Below are positions 27,241 through 41,233 of a stretch of DNA of 64,000 nt, in pieces; the first letter of the stretch is position 1, and the number at the start of each line of letters is the position of its first letter. The notes below the pieces were generated by a model, which worked only from the letters and a program-made list of their open reading frames with translations, was not told the origin of the DNA and searched no databases. Source of the DNA: Octopus vulgaris (lineage: Eukaryota); contig OX597831.1 in assembly GCA_951406725.2 (NCBI GenBank), forward strand, positions 46,810,001 through 46,874,000, given 5' to 3'. The position numbers and the translations under genes were made by a program.

Positions 27241-27304
27241 TACTATAGTAGTAATAATAATAGTAATTAACCACAATGATAGTAATACACTGGTAAAATT
27301 TTAT

Positions 27305-27591
27305 CCTTTATTTGTTTCAGCTATGGGACTACGGCCATGCTGGGGCACTATTTTGAAGGATTTAGTCGAAAAAATCGACCCCAGTAAATGCTTAAAATAA
27401 TAAAATCTGGTGCTTATTCTATAAGTCTTTTTCCTAACTGCTATATTACAGTGACGTAAACAAACCATCAACGCTTGTCAAGTAATGGTGTGGAACAAAC
27501 ACAACCGTATACACATACATACATAGACATATACATATATATATGAAATATATGCACACATATATATAAACATATATGTATGTCAATATAT

Positions 27592-27657
<66 letters not shown>

Positions 27658-27952
27658 GTATGTATGTGTATACACACACACACACAAATATATATATATA
27701 CATATATTCTCTCTCTCTCTATTTGATCGTATTCCTCTCTGTTGAAGAGCGTAGGCTCGAAATGTAAAAGACTTTCTCACCTTCCCGAGTGTTAAACTAA
27801 TACTAGTTTTTCCATCTTCCAAATACGCTTACAAGGCTTTAGTTGGCTCGAAGCTATAGTAGGAGACACTCGGTCAAAATGTCACGCAGTGGGACTGAAC
27901 CCGGTATCATGTAGTTGGAAAGCAAACTTTACCTCACAGCCCGCCTGCGCCT
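27305..27952 (-). mobile_element. SINE family B, split by a hammerhead-like repeat (27705-27805) in its internal microsatellite
   Basis: 3' half 27305-27505, head 27810-27952; insert CTGTTGAA-GAGC-GTAG-GCTC-GAAA-TG-TA-AAAG. Confidence 0.75.
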
Positions 27953-28032
27953 ATCAGATTTGTACACTGAATAGCCGTTGGCTTCACTCTTTCTTTAATA
28001 CACAATGTACGTCAGTATATCTTCGTGGCTTT

Positions 28033-28250
28033 AAGGTGGCGTGCTGTCAGGAAGATCAGCACGCCGGGCAAAGTGCTCAGATGCGTTTCGTTCGTCTTTA
28101 CGTTCTGAGTTCAAATTCCGCCGAGGTCGACTTTGCAAGTACATCCTTACGGGGTCGATAAAATAAGTACCTGATGAGCACAGGTATCGATGTAATCGAC
28201 TAAACCCCTCTCCTTAAAACTGCTGGCCTTGTGCAAAAATTTGAAACCAA
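28033..28250 (+). mobile_element. SINE family A
   Basis: TTCTGAGTTCAAATTCCGCCGAGGTCGACTTTGC...CAAAAATTTGAAACC. Confidence 0.85.
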
Positions 28251-28509
28251 CACATCTTCGTGACTGAAAGGCACTGTGTATATTTAGAAGGTCTCGGTTA
28301 CACCTCTACCCGTCATTGAATTCTTAATTCGTCGCTGAGAGAATGGTGGCGGAGTATCTCACTATGAATACAACATAGTTATTGATCCTTTCGTCTGGTC
28401 TGGTTCTTTTTTATTGTAGTCTTTTCCAACTTCGCCCATAATTTCTAGTTATAGTTACAATTAACCTTAGCAGTTACTAACCATAGTAATAACAGTATCA
28501 GTAATTCAC

Positions 28510-28558
<49 letters not shown>

Positions 28559-28586
28559 CATACATATATATATGTATGTATGTATT

Positions 28587-28617
<31 letters not shown>

Positions 28618-28718
28618 GTATGTATGCATATATATATATGTGTGTTTGTGTGTGTGTGCATGTATATATCTATATTTCTGTATGTGCATACAACCACGCA
28701 CACACACGTGTGCGTACG

Positions 28719-28802
<84 letters not shown>

Positions 28803-28820
28803 CACACACACACACACACT

Positions 28821-28863
<43 letters not shown>

Positions 28864-29159
28864 GTGCATAGTACGGCCGGATCGTCTAGGTTTATAAACT
28901 GTTTGCAACCGGGAACAGAAACAAGACGTAATCTTCATGCATGACATCACATGACATCAAACATAATCATAAAACAAATAACTGATGTAATCTCGGTGCG
29001 GTCTGCGCTAATTCCCAATGGGGAAATAGAAATCAATTCGATATTGACAAATGTACCAGACACATCATAAAAACAGAAGAAAAGGGAAGAGGAAAGTCTC
29101 TTTTCCAGACGGAAAAAGTTGTAACAATAATAGATTTAAGGTGAAACTATAAATGTTTC

Positions 29160-29760
29160 GGATTGCTACAGACTGAGAAACTCAGAAAGAAAGGAATTAC
29201 AAGTGAAGTTGTAAAGGCTATATAATAAAAACAAAAAAAACAACCTGTGTGGAGAGATCAATAACTGAGATAGTCTCATATTGATTTTTTTTATACTCAG
29301 CGATAGATAAAGGGTAGAGTTGCAACGATGCCGGGTAGAGGTGCAACGAGAACTTTCTAAATATTCATAGCGAATTTCAACCATGAAGATATGTTGGAGT
29401 AGATTCTATGTTTAGGAAAGACTGAAACGGACGGCTATTGAACATCATAAATTTAGTAAGGCTGAATATTGCAATACTAATTTGTTATTAGCGGAGAAGA
29501 GAATATTTTATGCAACTAGAAATGTGTTAGGAGAATGCAATCGAGAACAAGGAATTCAAGCAGAAGACACTGGAAATTGTTGCATGAGCAAGTTCTCAGG
29601 CAAGCAGAAGGCGTTATTTAAAACATTATTCAAGATGGATGAATGACATTATTTAAGTTGCCATTATAAAAAGGAGAAATGAACACATAGTCGCACAACA
29701 TCCTTCAATTCGAGTAAACAGCTGTTGGAAGTAAAAGTGTATAAAAGCCAGCAAATCGGG
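29160..29760 (+). mobile_element. Highly decayed R4/Dong-like non-LTR fragment
   Basis: Frameshifted motifs LNIHSEFQP (~LTMHGxFHP), VDSMFRKD*NGRLLNI (~VDRLY..R..GGRGL) and HWKLLHEQVLRQ (~WxxKxLHGQxxRQ). Confidence 0.45.
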
Positions 29761-30385
29761 TACTAAAAAAGAAAAGAAAATTGTTATTGTTTAATGGGAA
29801 AGCTTGTCTAGATGACTCAGAAAAATTACGATATGAATCGGGTATGTTAAGAAAAAGTTGCACTAGTAATAGCGTATGAGATTAAAATTTATTAAAACTA
29901 GCACCAACCACAATTCGAAATGTTTCGTCCAAGAACTTACTCCTCGAGGCTAATCAATCCCAAAGATCGGATCGCAATAGATAAAGTCATCACATACTTT
30001 TCTACATTTCCTTGAGTACTAGTTTGATGCTGCTCCATGGTGTGGAGAGCCAGTACCAGGAAGTGGTGAGAATAATGACCAGCAAAAACCGAATTAGAAC
30101 AACATAGACAAAAATATAAAAGAGAAAATGAAAAAAGAAATATCAATAGGAAATTTTAAAGGTAAATTTCATGCAAATAACAGCCTAAAGGTGGTCGAAA
30201 TTATTAGAGAATTAAAAACAACTGAACATCTTCAAATGAACAAACGAAGATAATTTCCATGGATGATACTTTAAGATGACATAGGAAATATAATAAAGAA
30301 ACCACAAACCTGGTAACCTCAGACTTAATAAAAACAGATGAACATAAACCGCACCAGATATACAGAAAATATAGATGTGGCTTTG

Positions 30386-30715
30386 TGGCAAGTGTCTTCT
30401 ACTATAGCCTCGGGCCGACCAAAGCCTTGTGAGTGGATTTGGTAGACGGAAACTGAAAGAAGCCCGTCGTATATGTGTATATGTATATATATGCATGTGT
30501 GCATGCATATGTTTGTGTGTCTGTGTTTGTCTCTCCAACATCACTTGACAACCGATGCTGGTGTGTTTACGCCCCCGTAACTTAGCGGTTCGGCAAAAGA
30601 GACCGATAGAATAAGTACTAGGCTTACAAAGAATAAGTCCTGGGGTCGATTTGCTCGACTAAAGGCGGTGCTCCAGCATGGCCGCAGTCAAATGATTGAA
30701 ACAAGTAAAAGAGAA
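30386..30715 (+). mobile_element. SINE family B, 5' truncated
   Basis: Near-identical to 34352-34758. Confidence 0.9.
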
Positions 30716-31243
30716 AATAGACAGAAAAATATGTCAATCATCAATGAAATCAATAACGAAACGACGCAACATTAAGCTGAAATCTGGCAAAATAAAAAAA
30801 AGAAGTATCCGAAATCAAAAAATGTCTAAAACCAGAAATCCGCACCAAATCGCCAAGAATCCGTCCTTATACAAAGCTTCAATCATATTATAGGAAGTAG
30901 ACCATACCGTGGTGTCACTCCTTTCTCATATGCCACACAGTACTCTATAGCTCTTCGTTATATTTACGGCCTCTGCACTGGCGTGGGTCTCAGAAGAGTT
31001 TGGAACTTTTTGGCGACAGTCTTGTAAAAGATCAATCTTGCCTCCTATATCTATCGTTCTTCTGCAAACCAAATTCAGATCTACTCCCTCTATATTCCTT
31101 CCATACTTCTCCTGATGCTCGGGCTTAGATTGCTTATGGTGTTCATTGTAGCGTCTCGTTCTTTGTGCAAGCGATCCCTCTTGGTCATACTATTATTTTC
31201 TTAGAAATTACAACTGCTGGAACCGATGTCTGTTAAAGACGGT

Positions 31244-31408
31244 AAAAAAAAGAACAGTAAAATTTTCACGGTATTGTCATTAAAAAAAACCCAGTTAGTA
31301 AACTTTTCACGGCATTGTCATTAAAAAAAAAAAACAGTAAGTAAAATTTTCACGGCATTGTGATTAAAAAAACCAGCAAGTAAAAACTTTTCACGGCATT
31401 GTCATTAA
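31244..31408. repeat. Minisatellite, ~4 x 38-43 bp (A-run + CAGTAAGTAAAATTTTCACGGCATTGTCATT)
   Basis: Directly visible. Confidence 0.9.
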
Positions 31409-32040
31409 CTTTTACAGTACAGGTGCAAAAGATATTGCCCCTGGTGTAGTTGGTTGATTGTTGTAACGTCTCCACCATCACAAATTCTTGGCGCGGAAAT
31501 AGAGAAAAACGATCGCTTTCCCCTTCTCTGATATTTCACTAAAGGATAGGTGGTGAAATATTTCTACCTACACCGCATTCCTATATTTTGTTTATGCATT
31601 GTTAACATAGTTTTTATTTTATTCATTTCGAAGGGGTTTTTTTTTCATTTTTACTGTAGTTACAATGGAATGTGTGTTTTCCAGTTGTTGTTGTTGTTGT
31701 TAGTAGCTGGTTAACGGTTATGGATTTGTTATTGTTTATTATTATTTTTCTTTTACTGTTTCTTTAAATGAGTTTGATATAAGCTTTTGTGCTTGTCAGC
31801 CTTTCTTCCGTTGATCATGTTTTGGTTCACACATTCACAAATATTGTTCGACTTATTCTATACAGTTTTATGACAAGCGTTTAACTTGTCTTACTATATA
31901 TATATTGTATAACTTGTATGAGATTCTTGCCACGCCTATCATTTTTATATAACAACGTATTTATATATTCTCACACGTCTTCTAAACATTTTTTTAACAC
32001 GTGTTTATACATGATTTAGATCTGGTAGCAAAATAAATTA

Positions 32041-32322
<282 letters not shown>

Positions 32323-32534
32323 ATCCTTTCTACTCTAGACACAAGGCCTGAGATTTGGTGGGAGGAGACTAGTCGATTACATCAACCCCAGTGCGTAACT
32401 GTCACTTAGTTTATCGACCCCGAAAGGATGAAAGGCAAAGTCGACCTCGGTGGAATTTGAACTCAGAACGTAGCGACGGGCGAAATACCGCTAAGCATTT
32501 CGTCCAGCGTACTAACGATTCTGTTAGCTCGCTT
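32323..32534 (-). mobile_element. SINE family A
   Basis: Reverse complement of the family A consensus; sits between (AAT)n tracts. Confidence 0.9.
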
Positions 32535-32562
32535 AATAATAATGATAATGATAATAATAATG

Positions 32563-32625
<63 letters not shown>

Positions 32626-32735
32626 GTGTGTTCAAATTCCGCCGAACACCACCGCCGAACTTACTGGCCTTGGGCCCAAATTTGAAACCATTATTATTTT
32701 TATTATTACGCTAACAATTCTGCTAGGTCACCACC

Positions 32736-32938
32736 TGGCAGAATAGTTAGCATGGTGGGCAAAAATGCTTAGCAGCATTTCTTCCGTTTTTATATTATGA
32801 GTTCAAATTCCTCCGAGGTCAACTATACCTTTTATCCTTTCGGGGTCGATAAAATCAATACCTACTGAGCACGGAGGTCGATGTAATCGACTTAGCTCCT
32901 CCCACGAAATTTCAGGCCTTGTGCCTATAGTAGAAAGT
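32736..32938 (+). mobile_element. SINE family A
   Basis: CTGGCAGAATAGTTAGC...GGCCTTGTGCCTATAGTAGAAAG. Confidence 0.88.
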
Positions 32939-32965
32939 ATTGTTTTCATTATTATTATTATTATT

Positions 32966-33180
32966 AAGGTGGCGAGCTGGCAGAATCGTTAACACGCCAG
33001 GCAAAATGCTTAGCAGCGTTTCGTCCATCGCTACGTTCTGAGTTCAAATTTTGCCGAGGTCGACTTTGCCTTTCATCTTTTCGAGGCCGATAAAATAAGT
33101 GTCTGTTGAGTATTGGGGTCCATATAATCGATTTAGCCCCTCCCCAAAATTTCAGGCCTTGTGCCTATAGTAGAAAGAAT
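32966..33180 (+). mobile_element. SINE family A, followed by an (ATT)n tail
   Basis: AAGGTGGCGAGCTGGCAGAATCGTTAAC...GGCCTTGTGCCTATAGTAGAAAG. Confidence 0.9.
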
Positions 33181-33191
33181 TATTGTTATTA

Positions 33192-33259
<68 letters not shown>

Positions 33260-33667
33260 GTGTTTGTGAGACAAAGAACAGTTCTGGAGATCGTAAGCTA
33301 TTGGATTTTGTTGTTTTGAAGAAAGTAATTTTCTTTTCTTTTTTTTTGTAATGTTTTAATGTTTTGATATTAAGACAACCAGCATCCTTTCAGGGTAGTT
33401 CACTTTGTGAGAATTTCGAAACGTTTTAATAGCAAAGTTATATATTAAAAAAAAAAAAAAAAAACTTGGATTAACAAATCGAAGGGCAATCGGTTGTCCC
33501 AACAGCTAATATGTTACTTATTTCCCACTACTCTCTGTTAACAGAGATTGTGTATACTACAATAGCAAATTCAACAACAGCCACGATACCGATGAAAACA
33601 ATACAAAGAGAAAGACTTAGGAAAATAACTCTATCACTTCCACTGTTGTCAACACCAGTACCGGTGG

Positions 33668-34091
33668 AATAAAGAGAGAATACCAAACGAGTTCCCTATG
33701 GATACTGTATTTATTACAACGAGTGGCTTGTAAACGTATCTAACTCGCTTTCGCTCGTTAGATACGTTTACAAGCCACGAGTTGTAATAAATACGGTATC
33801 CATAGGGAACTCGTTTGGTATTTTATTTATTACACACGAATAAACGACCATATTTTATTAACCCAATAACTAAATTCTTCACGTTTAGTTGTAACTTATG
33901 AATGACAAAAGTAGTGCCGTCACCGTGACCTCGGGTCATCACCATGAATTGACCAATCAGAAGCAGCGCTGTCACCGTGACCTCGGGTCATCACCATGGA
34001 TTGACCAATCAGAAGCAGCGCTCGCAGTATCTGACATATGTTAGATACCAAAAATATCTCAAAGTGTTCTCACTCACATGTGTGTAATAAA
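33668..34091. mobile_element. Hairpin-ended non-autonomous DNA element, Crypton-like
   Basis: ~66-bp-arm hairpin 33679-33822 (loop TCGCTTTCGCTC); TTATTACACA...TGTGTAATAA inverted pair; 2 x 52-bp tandem with TTGACCAATCAGAA. Confidence 0.55.
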
Positions 34092-34272
34092 CATCAATAA
34101 TGAACATCAAAGTATCAACAACAACAACAAAAGCAGCAAGGCAACAACAAAAATGTAGTTGTAAAATAGAAAGAAGAACAATCAAATTCGATGCACCTGA
34201 AAATTTCCACTTTCATCATCACTACCACAATTTAACAGCGATACAAAACAAAGTAAAAACAAAATATTAACA

Positions 34273-34436
34273 GGCGTAGAAGTGGATGTGTGGTAAGTAG
34301 CTTGCTTAAAGGCCACATGGTTCTGGGTTCAGTCCCACTGCGTGGCACCTTGGGCAAGTGTCTTCTACTATAGCCTCGGGCAGACCAAAGCCTTGTGAGT
34401 GGATTTGGTAGACGGAAACTGAAAGAAGCCCGTCGT

Positions 34437-34489
<53 letters not shown>

Positions 34490-34491
34490 TA

Positions 34492-34527
<36 letters not shown>

Positions 34528-34758
34528 TGTATGTATGTATGTATGTATGTGTGTGTATATGTTTGTGTGTCTGTGTTTGTCCCCTAACATCGCTTGACAA
34601 CCGATGTTAGTGTGTTTACGTCACCGTAACTTAGCGGTTCGGCAAAAGAGACCGATAGAATAAATACTAGGTTTACAAAGAATAAGTCCTGGGGTCGATT
34701 TGCTCGATTAAAGGCGGTGCTCCAGCATGGCCACAGTCAAATGACTGAAACAAGTAAA
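34273..34758 (+). mobile_element. SINE family B, full length, with internal microsatellite
   Basis: tRNA-like head (GTGGTAAG...GGGTTCAGTCCC), CORE-like ACCTTGGGCAAGTG, internal (TA)/(TG)n, conserved 3' half. Confidence 0.92.
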
Positions 34759-34949
34759 TATCTAAGCTTATCAGGTTCGCAAATGCCATGCGACAGGAGG
34801 CTGTGATTAGATTAACGTCACACGGATTAAAATGTGCCAATATCTTATGAGGTCTAGACGAAACATAGAATTAAATATGCGATAATCTCTCCGACAATTA
34901 AAAAAATCTTATATCTGTTGTGTGCAATTCACATAACAGTAAATAGAAA

Positions 34950-35360
34950 AGTGCCTCAGACCAACCTGGGGCGCCAAACGTCGCAAGGGGAAAAGTAAGG
35001 GGAAATGAGGTGATACTCCCCGACAGAGGATGATATCAGGAAGCATTCCGCAATTATACTAAAGAGTGATGGACTGGTCCTCGGGCCAAATTACTTTGGC
35101 CGTAGGGTAGTAAGATCGTTGATGAGTTCACAGAAGAAAATGTCTCCTGGTTGGTGGCAACGGTTCTCTTTCATATAGAGGCCAAAACTAATATTCTGCT
35201 GGTCCAGAGGTTGCAGAAGCAAAATTGGTCGGACCAAGGGATGGAACTACTGATCCAAACGGATCACATAATCCATCCTTTACGTAACCATTGATGGTAT
35301 AAATCCAACGTTTCACTTATGTGGTGACGGAAACCATCTCAAGACTTTTTGTTCACTGCA
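34950..35360 (+). mobile_element. Tx1/L1-like ORF1 relic with degenerate zinc knuckle
   Basis: IDGINPTFHLCGDGNHLKTFC resembles the CCHC-knuckle region of Tx1-type ORF1. Confidence 0.45.
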
Positions 35361-35639
35361 AACAGATCAACTATTCAGCCGACACCATCACCACAACAGC
35401 AACAACATCAATGACCGTTACTTAATCGCAACTCCAAGTTTCTTGTCACTATCATGTTCTTTGTGTATCTTTGAAGAGGAGCGTAATGGTGGAAACGGTA
35501 AAGCAACAGAGTGAATGACTATCTTCGATTAAATTAATGCGAAGGAGTGTATGCATATATCAATGTACATGCATAATGCATTTGATATGCTTGTATGTGT
35601 GTATTACATGTGAGTGTGTGTATGTGAATATAGACAGAC

Positions 35640-35697
<58 letters not shown>

Positions 35698-36089
35698 TAA
35701 GAGAGAGAGCGAGAGAGCGAGAGAGAGAGAGATAAGCAGGTTATCCTAATAAATAAAGATTCGAGGTTTGTATTATTAGTCACCGAGTCATTCTTACTAA
35801 CGGACTGTGTATTTTAAACAAATGTGATGTTTATAGATAACATATACGAACTATAATTATTTTCATTAGGATAAATGATTGTGAAGAAAAAATACATTCG
35901 TTCCATATATATTTTTATCGTTGCGTTACCATTTTGATGAGGACTGCTTCTTAAAGAGAGAAGGCGTGTCTGTGTAAGTGAAAGATGATTATGATGAGGA
36001 TGATGATGATGATGATGATGACGACGACGTCGAAGATGATGACGACAATGATAATGACGACGATGATGATGGTGGTGTGTGTGTGAGAG

Positions 36090-36330
36090 AGAATCGACGG
36101 TAGTGTACTCCAACCGTTGAATCGAGGCACTACCTGCAGTCGTTGACTCACAGTTACGTTGAGATTTGGGAACTGTTGCACTATGCTAGAACAGAGTGTA
36201 TTCGAACAGTTTGGGTCTAGATTGAATCGACGCCTAGCATTTGACTTGAGCTTAATTTTATCGACTCCAGAAGAATGAAAAGCAAAGTTGAACTCGATTG
36301 TAGTTGAACTCAGAATGTAACAGACAGACA
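36090..36330 (-). repeat. SINE-A-like head plus unique ~150-bp tail; inverted copy at 41700-41945
   Basis: GCAGTCGTTGACTCACAGTTACG.TGA.ATTTGGGA...GTGTATTCGAACAGTTTGG...GAATCGACGCCTAGCATTTGA is present in reverse complement at 41795-41905. Confidence 0.8.
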
Positions 36331-36348
36331 CACGCACACACACACTCA

Positions 36349-36866
36349 CGTGGCTGTGTGGTAAGAAGCTTGCTTTCCAACCACATGGTTCTGGTTTCAG
36401 TCCCACTGCATTGGACCTCGGGCAAGTGTCTTCTAGTATAGCCTCGGGCCGACCAAAGCCTTGTGAGCAGATTTGGTTTGGAGTGGAAATTGAAAGAAGC
36501 CAGTCGTAATATATATATGTGTATATATATATATACACACATATATGGAAATTCATATGTGCACTATGGATTAGGTCACCTTCTCTGTGATGCTATTAAA
36601 ACTTTTTTAAAATTCTATGATAAGACTGTACATCATCTTTAATGAACTTTAATGAACTTTGGAAATCTGTTTATGTTACTTAATTATCTACATTACTTCA
36701 TGAGTATAGCCTCAACCACTAGGATGTCTAGAGAACTCACATGTATTTTAGCTGATGAGTACGGGACACGTTTATATGCTGTAATTTTTGCAACTTTTAA
36801 TAAAGCCTGTCCTTGTATGAAACGATTGTACTAAAAACCTATCCATTCTTGTTGCTTCTTTCTCGC

Positions 36867-36923
<57 letters not shown>

Positions 36924-37549
36924 CCTACCCATACATATCTTACATCTATTTTCTTTCCTCAACCTCACTCTCTATTTTGTATCACATCGAAACTAACTAT
37001 GACTTAATTTTTCCTCTCACACCGTCTCCGATGAGGGGATATTATCAATTAATATCCTAGAATCAGCTGTAAGATCTTCTATCTATAACTGCTCTAATAT
37101 CTACACAGCCTTGGTTTTGTTATCTTATTACGCAAAAAAAGTTCTTATATACACACGCTGACATAGAACCAACGTTGAACCCTTTATTCGCAATATTACC
37201 GAATCTGAAACTCAACTATGGTCTGTCTATATCACTTATTCAGCATTACCTGGCACCTTTGGATCTCAATGACACCATTATCTCTTATATATATATATAT
37301 ATACTTACATATAGGTGTGTGTGTGTGTGTATGCGTTCATATGTGTGTTCCTGTGTTTGTCTCTTCGCAATCGCTTGACAACCAATACTGGTGTATTTAT
37401 GTCCCCCGTAACTTAGCAGTTTGGCAAAAGAGTTCGATAGAAAAAGTACTAGGCTCACAAAGTATAAGTCCTGGGGTTGATCACTTCGACTAAAACCCTT
37501 TAAGACGGTGCTCCCCAGCTAAATGCCCGAAACAAATAAAAGAATAAAA
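36349..37549 (+). mobile_element. SINE family B split by ~800 bp of insertions in its internal microsatellite
   Basis: Head 36349-36507; 3' half 37350-37549. Confidence 0.75.
36921..37285 (+). mobile_element. (AT)n-flanked segment with degenerate hammerhead (37024-37075), putative PLE pLTR
   Basis: GTCT-CCGATGA-GGGGATATT-ATCAATT-AATATCCTA-GAAT-CAGCTG-TA-AGAT. Confidence 0.55.
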
Positions 37550-37833
37550 TAGATCTTAAGATTCAGCTGAATAAGGTACTTAAAGGTAAGGCACCGTTTT
37601 AGGTCAAAATTAAAATGCAGGCAGCAATTATAGACGAATACCTATACTGGTATTTCAACGACAAGTGTCGATCGTGGAATCACCAAATATGTATGAGCCG
37701 TGGATTTAACATTTTTTTAAATGTCCTTAGTAGCAAAACTCGTGTATCCATCTTAAGAAAACTTTTTTTATAATACCATATAGTCATTGATCAATTCAAA
37801 AATTCGTTAAAAAACGGCCGTAACGAATTGACA

Positions 37834-37892
<59 letters not shown>

Positions 37893-37925
37893 TGATCAAA
37901 ATAAAAACATGATGCCAAGGATTCA

Positions 37926-38003
37926 GCGGTACATATGTTTCGGGCCTTTATTAGACAGATTAATAACAATGCATAATGTATGTCTGTGGCCTTCTTCAGC
38001 CGC
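37926..38003 (-). ncRNA. Minimal type-I hammerhead ribozyme (left arm)
   Basis: Reverse complement of 41055-41132. Confidence 0.75.
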
Positions 38004-41000
38004 GCACAACAGCTTCCACAAGGACATGTGTTACATCAAAAATTCTTGGTTGGGGATGCAAATCCTCTCATTCGCGTACGACATAATGCGGCAACAGCAT
38101 AGAATTGAAGCGTCCATCTCTTTCTTCTCTCAATGTAGAATGAGGAAATTTGGATGTTGAAGTAATGTAAATAAATAAATACATATATAAACGTGAAGAT
38201 GGAGGGGCGAGAATTCAGGACGAGGGATAAAAAATGTATAAAAAGTGTAAGTATAGAAAAATATAAAAATGTAGAGTATAAAGATATAAAGGGATATAAG
38301 GAGATGTAAAGGGGATATAAAGAATATAAAGAAATATAAAGAAATATAAATGAATGTAAAGGCATAAGGTTATAGAGTAAAAATAGAAATAGAAATAAAA
38401 GTAAAAAGTAAAAAGTAAAAAAATAAAAATAGGAATAAACATGATAAAAATGTAAAAAAATGTAAAAAAAATATAAAAAAATATAAAGATAAGGGATGTG
38501 TAGAGGTTACGGACCAAACATGGTGGTCAGGAGATTGATAAGATTTAGTTGTAGAAGTTTTGGGTGTCAATAAATCAGGGTCGTCTGGGGACCTAGTGTG
38601 TTGTAAATCAGAGCTGTTGAGCGTTTAATCTAGTTCTTTGAATTAATTGGTCATCTTGTACATACATACTATCATGGATACATACACCCATATACACGCG
38701 CACATATACGCGCGCATACACGGCTCCAAGCCTATAAGCATACACACGCACTCACGTGTAAACATGTACATAAACACACGTACACCCACACGCACGCGCG
38801 TACATATACATACATACAACAGGATATCCGCATATATACACGGACATTATATGTGTACACACCCATATATACATACGTGCGTCCATCCTTACATACACAT
38901 ACACATATGCCCACGCTTCCAGGTTTAGATATAAGATATTAAAGGATGTATATAAGAACGTATGTAAAGAATCACGCACTCACGTCTACACGTGCACGCA
39001 CACACGGCTGTGTGTCCATGTGTGCGTGCACATATACACTTACATACACACACAGAGACATACGCGCATATGGGTATAGCTATAAGGTATTAAAAGATGT
39101 ATACAAATAGGTGTAAACATATGAATATAAGAAAACATGTAAGAAAATGTAAAGAAATACGGGGTATGCATATCCAGACGTAGATGTTTACTCGTACATA
39201 TGTACACATATGTATACGTATACATACGTACACGGACGCTCGTATAATCATAAAGCGGATCCATAGGTAAGTAAATAAGGGATAAACAAAAAAAATTAGA
39301 CATATATAGAGATATAAAGCGATAAGTTAGGGGTAAGAATGAGGGTAAGAGTAAAAATTAGAAATAAAAGTAAGAAATACAATATAAAATAAGAAATACA
39401 ATGTAAAAGTTAGAAATGAAATATAAAAATTATAAAAATTATAAGAATTAAGATAATGGATGGAAATAAAAATGAGAATAAAGGTAAAGCGAAGTAGAAT
39501 AGGATAAAGCAAAATAAAAGTAAAAATAAAAGTAAAAATAAAAATAAAAATTAAAATAAAATAAAATAAAATAAAATAAAATAAAAATATAATCTTGTAA
39601 AGATTAACATGAGATGAAGGTGGTTGAAAGTTAGAGGTGTGTGTTAAAGGTGCCCACGTAGGGGCGGGCGGGGGGAACTGAAAATTGGAAGGGTGGGAAG
39701 TGGAGTTTGGCGGTGTGCGTTCAACATCCGAGTTAGAAATGTGAAAGGGTATAGATATAGGGAAATAAAGAGACTATATAGGAAGGATATGGGTGTAGGA
39801 GAAGAAATATGTAGGGAAAAAAAAGACATATATGGGAGACAAAATGTGTATATATAGGAGGAAAATGCAGACACACACACATATATATATATGTATACAT
39901 ATACATACACATATGTGCACATACATATATATACGCACACACATACACATATACTCGCGCATATAGGAAACCTTATAGCTATACCCATATGCGCGTATGT
40001 CTCTGTGTGTGTATGTAAGTGTATATGTGCACGCACACATGGACACACAGCCGTGTGTGCGTGCACGTGTAGACGTGAGTGCGTGATTCTTTACATACGT
40101 TCTTATATACATCCTTTAATATCTTATATCTAAACCTGGAAGCGTGGGCATATGTGTATGTGTATGTAAGGATGGACGCACGTATGTATATATGGGTGTG
40201 TACACATATAATGTCCGTGTATATATGCGGATATCCTGTTGTATGTATGTATATGTACGCGCGTGCGTGTGGGTGTACGTGTGTTTATGTACATGTTTAC
40301 ACGTGAGTGCGTGTGTATGCTTATAGGCTTGGAGCCGTGTATGCGCGCGTATATGTGCGCGTGTATATGGGTGTATGTATCCATGATAGTATGTATGTAC
40401 AAGATGACCAATTAATTCAAAGAACTAGATTAAACGCTCAACAGCTCTGATTTACAACACACTAGGTCCCCAGACGACCCTGATTTATTGACACCCAAAA
40501 CTTCTACAACTAAATCTTATCAATCTCCTGACCACCATGTTTGGTCCGTAACCTCTACACATCCCTTATCTTTATATTTTTTTATATTTTTTTTACATTT
40601 TTTTACATTTTTATCATGTTTATTCCTATTTTTATTTTTTTACTTTTTACTTTTTATTTTTATTTCTATTTCTATTTTTACTCTATAACCTTATGCCTTT
40701 ACATTCATTTATATTTCTTTATATTTCTTTATATTCTTTATATCCCCTTTACATCTCCTTATATCCCTTTATATCTTTATACTCTACATTTTTATATTTT
40801 TCTATACTTACACTTTTTATACATTTTTTATCCCTCGTCCTGAATTCTCGCCCCTCCATCTTCACGTTTATATATGTATTTATTTATTTACATTACTTCA
40901 ACATCCAAATTTCCTCATTCTACATTGAGAGAAGAAAGAGATGGACGCTTCAATTCTATGCTGTTGCCGCATTATGTCGTACGCGAATGAGAGGATTTGC

Positions 41001-41054
41001 ATCCCCAACCAAGAATTTTTGATGTAACACATGTCCTTGTGGAAGCTGTTGTGC

Positions 41055-41132
41055 GCGGCTGAAGAAGGCCACAGACATACATTATGCATTGTTATAAATC
41101 TGTCTAATAAAGGCCCGAAACATATGTACCGC
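41055..41132 (+). ncRNA. Minimal type-I hammerhead ribozyme (right arm), predicted cleavage after GUA at 41128
   Basis: GCGG-CTGAAGA-A-GGCC-[ACAGA...TCTGT]-GGCC-C-GAAA-CATATG-TA-CCGC; stem I GCGG/CCGC, palindromic stem III ACATATGT. Confidence 0.75.
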
Positions 41133-41233
41133 TGAATCCTTGGCATCATGTTTTTATTTTGATCAATTTACTCCACCACCTACACCACCAATTGGTATAC
41201 ACAGGTGCTTATAATTATCAAGTACTCACCCCG

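Noticed and set aside
29416-29646. 77-codon stop-free frame after TTTAG as a host exon
   Set aside because: Other frames of the same DNA carry R4/Dong-like LINE motifs; better explained as a decayed retroelement.
31244-31408. CRISPR-like array
   Set aside because: Tandem units without unique spacers, in eukaryotic DNA.
36752-36775. CTGATGA-GTAC-GGGACACGT as a hammerhead
   Set aside because: No GAAA and no viable stem II loop.
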